From the NCBI GenBank assembly GCA_043778225.1, contig JAYWGM010000094.1, positions 32,001 to 96,000 of the forward strand: a stretch of 64,000 nucleotides of DNA, given 5' to 3'. Of the stretch, positions 59,588 through 64,000 are shown one piece after another; position 1 is the first letter of the stretch, and the number at the start of each line of letters is the position of its first letter. A program made the translations under genes and the position numbers. Below the pieces are notes generated by a model, which was not told the DNA's origin, searched no databases, and saw nothing but the letters and a program-made list of their open reading frames with translations. This DNA is from Deinococcales bacterium. Its GTDB lineage: Bacteria; Deinococcota; Deinococci; Deinococcales; JAAFIG01.

Positions 59588-62134
59588 GTGATTGATACCC
59601 ACACCCTTGGACTTGAATTTGCCCTGCACCTCGAGGCATTGCAACAAGCCATTGATTTCTCAAGCGCCCATTTGGCACTGCACCGAGCAAGGGTTGCCGG
59701 CAGAGCCTCGGGGCATGAACTTGAGTTGTTTCTAAAAGCCCTCGAGTCAAACACAGCCACAGCGACTACACCTTTAGAAACCGTCTGGCTCGAGGCTTGG
59801 ACAGCCCATGGCTGGCGTGGCATGGCAGCACTTGAAGTGGCAACGCGGCTCGAGTCGTTGCGTGCCGCAACCGACCCAGACAGCGCCAAACTCGAGCTTC
59901 ATCGGGCGCGGGTGGCATTGCAAAGTGCCAATACCAACGATGCCCTTGCAGGGTTTTTAGCCCAACTCGAGGCTGGGGTATCTGCACCAGCCAATAACCA
60001 ACAAGCGGCTGCGTGGCTCGAGGCGTACCAGCCACGCGACAGCGCCATACGGCAAATTTTTGATAAAGAACTCGCCGAGCGCCTTGTGGCACTGCGTCAA
60101 GCCAAAGACCCAAAGACCATGCGCCTTGAGTTGCACCGTTTGCGGGTGGCAGCCCGAGTGGTCGAGGATGCCCTCGAACCACAAATTTTACGTTTGGAGC
60201 GTGGCGAAAGCACCACCGTCAGCGACCCACGCCTCAAAGCAGCCCTGCCCGTGACTCGAGCCACCCCCGAGGTTCGCCCAGAAGATTCTCGACTGGATAA
60301 AGCCCCAAGTTTGGTTTCGCAAAGCATCATCCCGCCCGTCCAGACCCGTTCGACCGACAATGCGGCGACTTTGGATGGTTCGGCTCGAGCCGTTGCCCAG
60401 GAGAGCGTCCGTGTTTCGGTGGCGCGTTTGGATTCCTTATTGGCACAAGCGGGCGAACTGACGGTTGGGCGAATTCGCATCGAAGAACGGCTGCGCGATT
60501 TACGCGATTTATTAAGTCGGCGCAACTTGGAGCGTCGTAACTCGAGGCATTCACGCACCCTGCGGCGGCGTTTACAAAGTTTAGCCGAAGAAAACCGCGA
60601 TGTCGCTTCGGTGCTGGGTTTACTCGAGACTGGCGAAGAGAGTACAAGGCGGGCGCTTGACCGCCTTGAGGATGTCTTAAACCGCTTAACTGGCGATTTG
60701 GCGCAATTGCGTACCGTCAACACGACCATCGAAGATGAAGTTTTGAGTGTGCGGCTCCTGCCTGCCGCGATGCTTTTTCCGCCGCTCGAGCGGTTGGTGC
60801 GCGACCTTGGTCAGCAACTTGGTAAGCAAGTGCGGCTGATTACTTTGGGTGGCAGCATCGGTATTGACCGCAAAATTCTCGAGGGGCTGCGCGATCCCTT
60901 AATGCACATGATTCGTAATTCGGTAGACCATGGCTTGGAATTGCCGATTATTCGCCAAGAACTTGGCAAGCCTACCGAAGGCACAATTACTTTGTCGGTC
61001 AACTCGAGTGGTGGCATGGTGACGCTGCTGTTGTCCGATGATGGGGCTGGCATGAACGCGCAAAAAATCCTGCAAAAAGCTGAGCAAAAAGGGATTATCC
61101 AAAGTGCTGCCAGCTACGACCCAAAACTGGCACTCGACCTGATTTTTGAACCCGGTTTTAGCATGGCAGCCGCCGTGACCGATGTTTCTGGGCGTGGCGT
61201 TGGCATGGACGTGGTGCGGCAAAATATCCGAGCTTTAAGCGGCACGGTTGGGGTTCAAAGTCAAATCGGTCAAGGCAGCCATTTTGCAATGCGCGTTCCG
61301 GCACAACTCGCCACCGTGCGGGTTTTACTAGCGCGAGTCGGTCACGACACCTTTGCGATTCCAACTGCCAGCGTTGAACGTACTGGACGGGTCAAAGTCG
61401 AGGGGATTCATCAACTCGAGGGGCGCAGTGTGATTATTCTCGAGGGTCGTCCTGTGCCATTGGTCGAACTTGGTGGGGTCATGGATGTGCCATTTGAAGC
61501 TGGCGAGTCTTGGCAGCCTTATTTTATCCTGCGCCGCGACGACGACCGCTTGGCGTGTACTGTCGACGCGATGCTTGGCGAACAAGAAGTGGTGGTCAAA
61601 AAGTTATCGTACCCGCTCGAGAAATTCGCGCCACTCGAGGGGGCGGCTGTGCTGGGCAGTGGGCAACTGGTTTCGATTCTTGCCAGCACCCACTTAATCG
61701 AACGTGGCTTGCGCCGCGAAATTCGGGTACGCCGCGAACTCAAACTTGCGCCAACGATTGCGGCTCGAGTGCCACGAATTATGGTTGTGGACGACAGCAT
61801 TACCAGCCGAACTTTAGAGCGCAGCATTCTCGAGGCGGCGGGTTTTGAAACCATCACGGCAGTTCATGGCGCACAAGCCCTTGATTTTTTACGACGCGGC
61901 GAACACGTTGATTTGGTGGTCTCGGATGTCGAAATGCCAGAACTCGATGGCTTTGGGCTGACGGCAGAAATTCGCCGTGACCCACGCCTAGCGCAAATCC
62001 CCGTGATTCTCATTACCAGCCTAAACGCCCCAGAACACAAAGAACGCGGCGCAATGGCTGGCGCAGATGCCTATATCGTCAAAGGAGAATTTGACCAAGG
62101 GGTCCTGCTCGAGACGATCAATCGGTTGTTATAA
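59588..62134 (+). CDS. cheA: Hybrid CheA (kinase-CheW-REC) with atypical N-terminus
   Basis: H..RNS.DHG.E, DDG.G, SGRGVGMDVV, CheW domain, C-terminal receiver. Confidence 0.93.
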   Translation: MIDTHTLGLEFALHLEALQQAIDFSSAHLALHRARVAGRASGHELELFLKALESNTATATTPLETVWLEAWTAHGWRGMAALEVATRLESLRAATDPDSAKLELHRARVALQSANTNDALAGFLAQLEAGVSAPANNQQAAAWLEAYQPRDSAIRQIFDKELAERLVALRQAKDPKTMRLELHRLRVAARVVEDALEPQILRLERGESTTVSDPRLKAALPVTRATPEVRPEDSRLDKAPSLVSQSIIPPVQTRSTDNAATLDGSARAVAQESVRVSVARLDSLLAQAGELTVGRIRIEERLRDLRDLLSRRNLERRNSRHSRTLRRRLQSLAEENRDVASVLGLLETGEESTRRALDRLEDVLNRLTGDLAQLRTVNTTIEDEVLSVRLLPAAMLFPPLERLVRDLGQQLGKQVRLITLGGSIGIDRKILEGLRDPLMHMIRNSVDHGLELPIIRQELGKPTEGTITLSVNSSGGMVTLLLSDDGAGMNAQKILQKAEQKGIIQSAASYDPKLALDLIFEPGFSMAAAVTDVSGRGVGMDVVRQNIRALSGTVGVQSQIGQGSHFAMRVPAQLATVRVLLARVGHDTFAIPTASVERTGRVKVEGIHQLEGRSVIILEGRPVPLVELGGVMDVPFEAGESWQPYFILRRDDDRLACTVDAMLGEQEVVVKKLSYPLEKFAPLEGAAVLGSGQLVSILASTHLIERGLRREIRVRRELKLAPTIAARVPRIMVVDDSITSRTLERSILEAAGFETITAVHGAQALDFLRRGEHVDLVVSDVEMPELDGFGLTAEIRRDPRLAQIPVILITSLNAPEHKERGAMAGADAYIVKGEFDQGVLLETINRLL

Positions 62135-62197
62135 CTCGAGACGATTAACCGCTTGTTGTAACTCGAGACGATTAACCGCTTGTTATAACTAGAAACC
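62108..62197 (+). repeat. 27-bp tandem repeat x3 plus partial copy of cheA 3' end
   Basis: Units at 62108, 62135, 62162, each starting CTCGAG and encoding LETINRLL*. Confidence 0.95.
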
Positions 62198-62280
62198 ACT
62201 CGAGTCATACTCCCTTTGCTTTACTATCCAAAAGTCCATATCTCTTTTCCCTCCTCCTAAGGTACACTCCCTAACGCTTT

Positions 62281-63420
62281 ATGCAGCCATCCAATCCCCA
62301 AAAACGAATCCGCGTCCTTGTTGTGGATGATTCCAGTGTGCAGCGTCGAATGCTGGTCAGTCTGCTTGAATTGGATGGTGGTTTTGAAGTCGTTGGGACT
62401 GCCAGCAACGGAGCAGAAGCTGTGCCAATGGCATTGCGCTTGCTGCCCGATGTGATTACCATGGATTTACGAATGCCGATTATGGATGGTCTGGCTGCTT
62501 CTGAAGCCATTATCGAACAAGCCCCAATTCCAATTCTGATGGTCACTTCCAGTGTCTCTAAAGACGACCAGCGTTTGGTTGCCAAAGCGATTGCGGCTGG
62601 GGTGCTGGCAATTATTGCCAAACCCAACATCCACACCGATACGCACGAGTTTTTAAGGATGGTGCGTGGTATCTCGAGGGTCAAAGTGATTCGCCGCAAA
62701 CCACAACCCAGACCAGCCCCAAACGCCCTGTCACGCACCGTCATTGCTGAGCCGATTACGCTGCCCTTTGAACGGCGGGCAGGCTTGGTGGCGGCTCGAC
62801 TCAGCCCCGCGATTTTGCCGAGCAGCATCTCAAGGGTCAATGTCATTGGGATTGCCTCGAGTACCGGTGGTCCGCAAGCCCTCGAGCCACTTTTAACCCG
62901 CTTGCCGAGCGATTTTCCTGTACCAATTATTATTGTGCAGCACATTGTCGAGGGTTTTGCTGCCAGTCTGGTCGAGTGGCTGCGCCCGTTGTGTGCTTTA
63001 TCAATCGAACTTGCGCCAATTGGACAAGCCGTGCGCCCCGGTATTTGGATTGCTGGCGGCGGTCATCATCTGGTGGTGCGCGAAGGACTTTTTCATTCGA
63101 GTATGGAAATGCCCGTCTCGGGACAGCGCCCCAGTGGTACGGTGCTGTTTCGCAGTCTGGTGCGCGAATACCGCAACAATGCAGTCGGTGTGGTTTTATC
63201 GGGCATGGGCGACGATGGAGCAGCCGGACTCGAGATGATGCACAAAGCGGGTGCAGCCATCCTTGCCCAAGACGAAGCCACCAGTGTGATTCACAGTATG
63301 CCAAGCAGTGCCATTCGTAAAGGTGTGGTGCATCATGTCATGCCACCGCTCGAGATTGCCAATACTTTAATCGATTTTGCCAGACGTGCCAGACCAGATT
63401 GGCAGCCACCACCGCCTTGA
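62281..63420 (+). CDS. cheB: CheB methylesterase (REC + esterase)
   Basis: VVDDS receiver; SSTGGP, VQH, SGMGDDG. Confidence 0.95.
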   Translation: MQPSNPQKRIRVLVVDDSSVQRRMLVSLLELDGGFEVVGTASNGAEAVPMALRLLPDVITMDLRMPIMDGLAASEAIIEQAPIPILMVTSSVSKDDQRLVAKAIAAGVLAIIAKPNIHTDTHEFLRMVRGISRVKVIRRKPQPRPAPNALSRTVIAEPITLPFERRAGLVAARLSPAILPSSISRVNVIGIASSTGGPQALEPLLTRLPSDFPVPIIIVQHIVEGFAASLVEWLRPLCALSIELAPIGQAVRPGIWIAGGGHHLVVREGLFHSSMEMPVSGQRPSGTVLFRSLVREYRNNAVGVVLSGMGDDGAAGLEMMHKAGAAILAQDEATSVIHSMPSSAIRKGVVHHVMPPLEIANTLIDFARRARPDWQPPPP

Positions 63421-63516
63421 GCCTAGCCAAAGGTACAGCGCCAATAAATTGCAATCGATTACACTTAACCAAAGATTATTGGCGCAGATAAAAAAGAATC
63501 TTTTGGGGAGAACAAC

Positions 63517-64000
63517 ATGAAAAAACGTTGGTTATTTGGCGCGGGTTTAGCCGCGCTTGTGGCAGGATTGGGTTTCTCGAGCAGCATTGCTCAAGTTCAA
63601 GGACTTAAAATTATTGCCCCTGCCGCAGTTGGTGGCGGTTGGGATCAAACGGCTCGAGCCATCAAAGCGGTACTTGAATCCACCAAGTTGGTAACTGATG
63701 TGGATGTGGTCAATGTTCCAGGGGCTGGCGGTACAGTTGGTTTAGGACAGTTTGTTGGCTTAAAAGGCGACGAAAATACCCTGATGGTCATGGGTTTAGT
63801 CATGGTTGGCGCAATCCAGACCAACAACTCCAAAGCCAATCTTGATATGGTCACACCGATTGCCCGTTTGACTGGCGAATACGAAGTGATTGTTGTTCCA
63901 GCCAGCAGCAAAATAGATAACTTAACCGAGTTTTTAGCAGCTTGGAAAGCCAACACTGCTAATTTTATTGTGGCAGGTGGTGGGGCTGGTGGCACAGACC
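63517..64000 (+). CDS. tctC: Tripartite tricarboxylate transporter binding protein (partial)
   Basis: Manual translation: MKKRWLFG...[14 protein letters not shown]...NVPGAGG.VG. Confidence 0.88.
   Translation, partial: MKKRWLFGAGLAALVAGLGFSSSIAQVQGLKIIAPAAVGGGWDQTARAIKAVLESTKLVTDVDVVNVPGAGGTVGLGQFVGLKGDENTLMVMGLVMVGAIQTNNSKANLDMVTPIARLTGEYEVIVVPASSKIDNLTEFLAAWKANTANFIVAGGGAGGTD

Noticed and set aside
1..64000. tRNA, rRNA, prophage or IS transposase
   Set aside because: None recognised by eye; tRNAscan and ISEScan were not run

Overview
Bacterial chromosomal window, probably Deinococcota (inferred from gene content and pervasive leaderless TANNNT-N6-start promoters). Backbone, in order: a short dcw cluster (mraZ-rsmH-ftsL-ftsI-murF), a BtuFCD-like ABC transporter with an FmdE-family gene, an ATP-cone/2-phosphoglycerate kinase, aminotransferases and carA. 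Next come a DUF692-like enzyme followed by an ECF sigma factor and a GAF-containing anti-sigma, a ROK/ABC/GH15/GH31 operon resembling cycloalternan catabolism, and a secreted-lipoprotein cluster divergent from a two-component system. The window ends with pfkA, rsmI, a cheW-MCP-cheA-cheB operon and a partial tctC. Four type II toxin-antitoxin (TA) modules are present, with no integrase or transposase. The most unusual signals are non-coding. (1) CTCGAG is hyper-abundant. (2) Three direct 36-38-bp repeats capped by CTCGAG at both ends bracket two TA modules like cassettes. (3) Several genes are followed by copies of their own 3' end that differ largely at synonymous positions, and one such pair flanks a TA module. 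(4) Two GTAG-type REP hairpins carry the same 37-38-nt covarying insert in opposite orientations. All calls were made by eye; no database searches were run.
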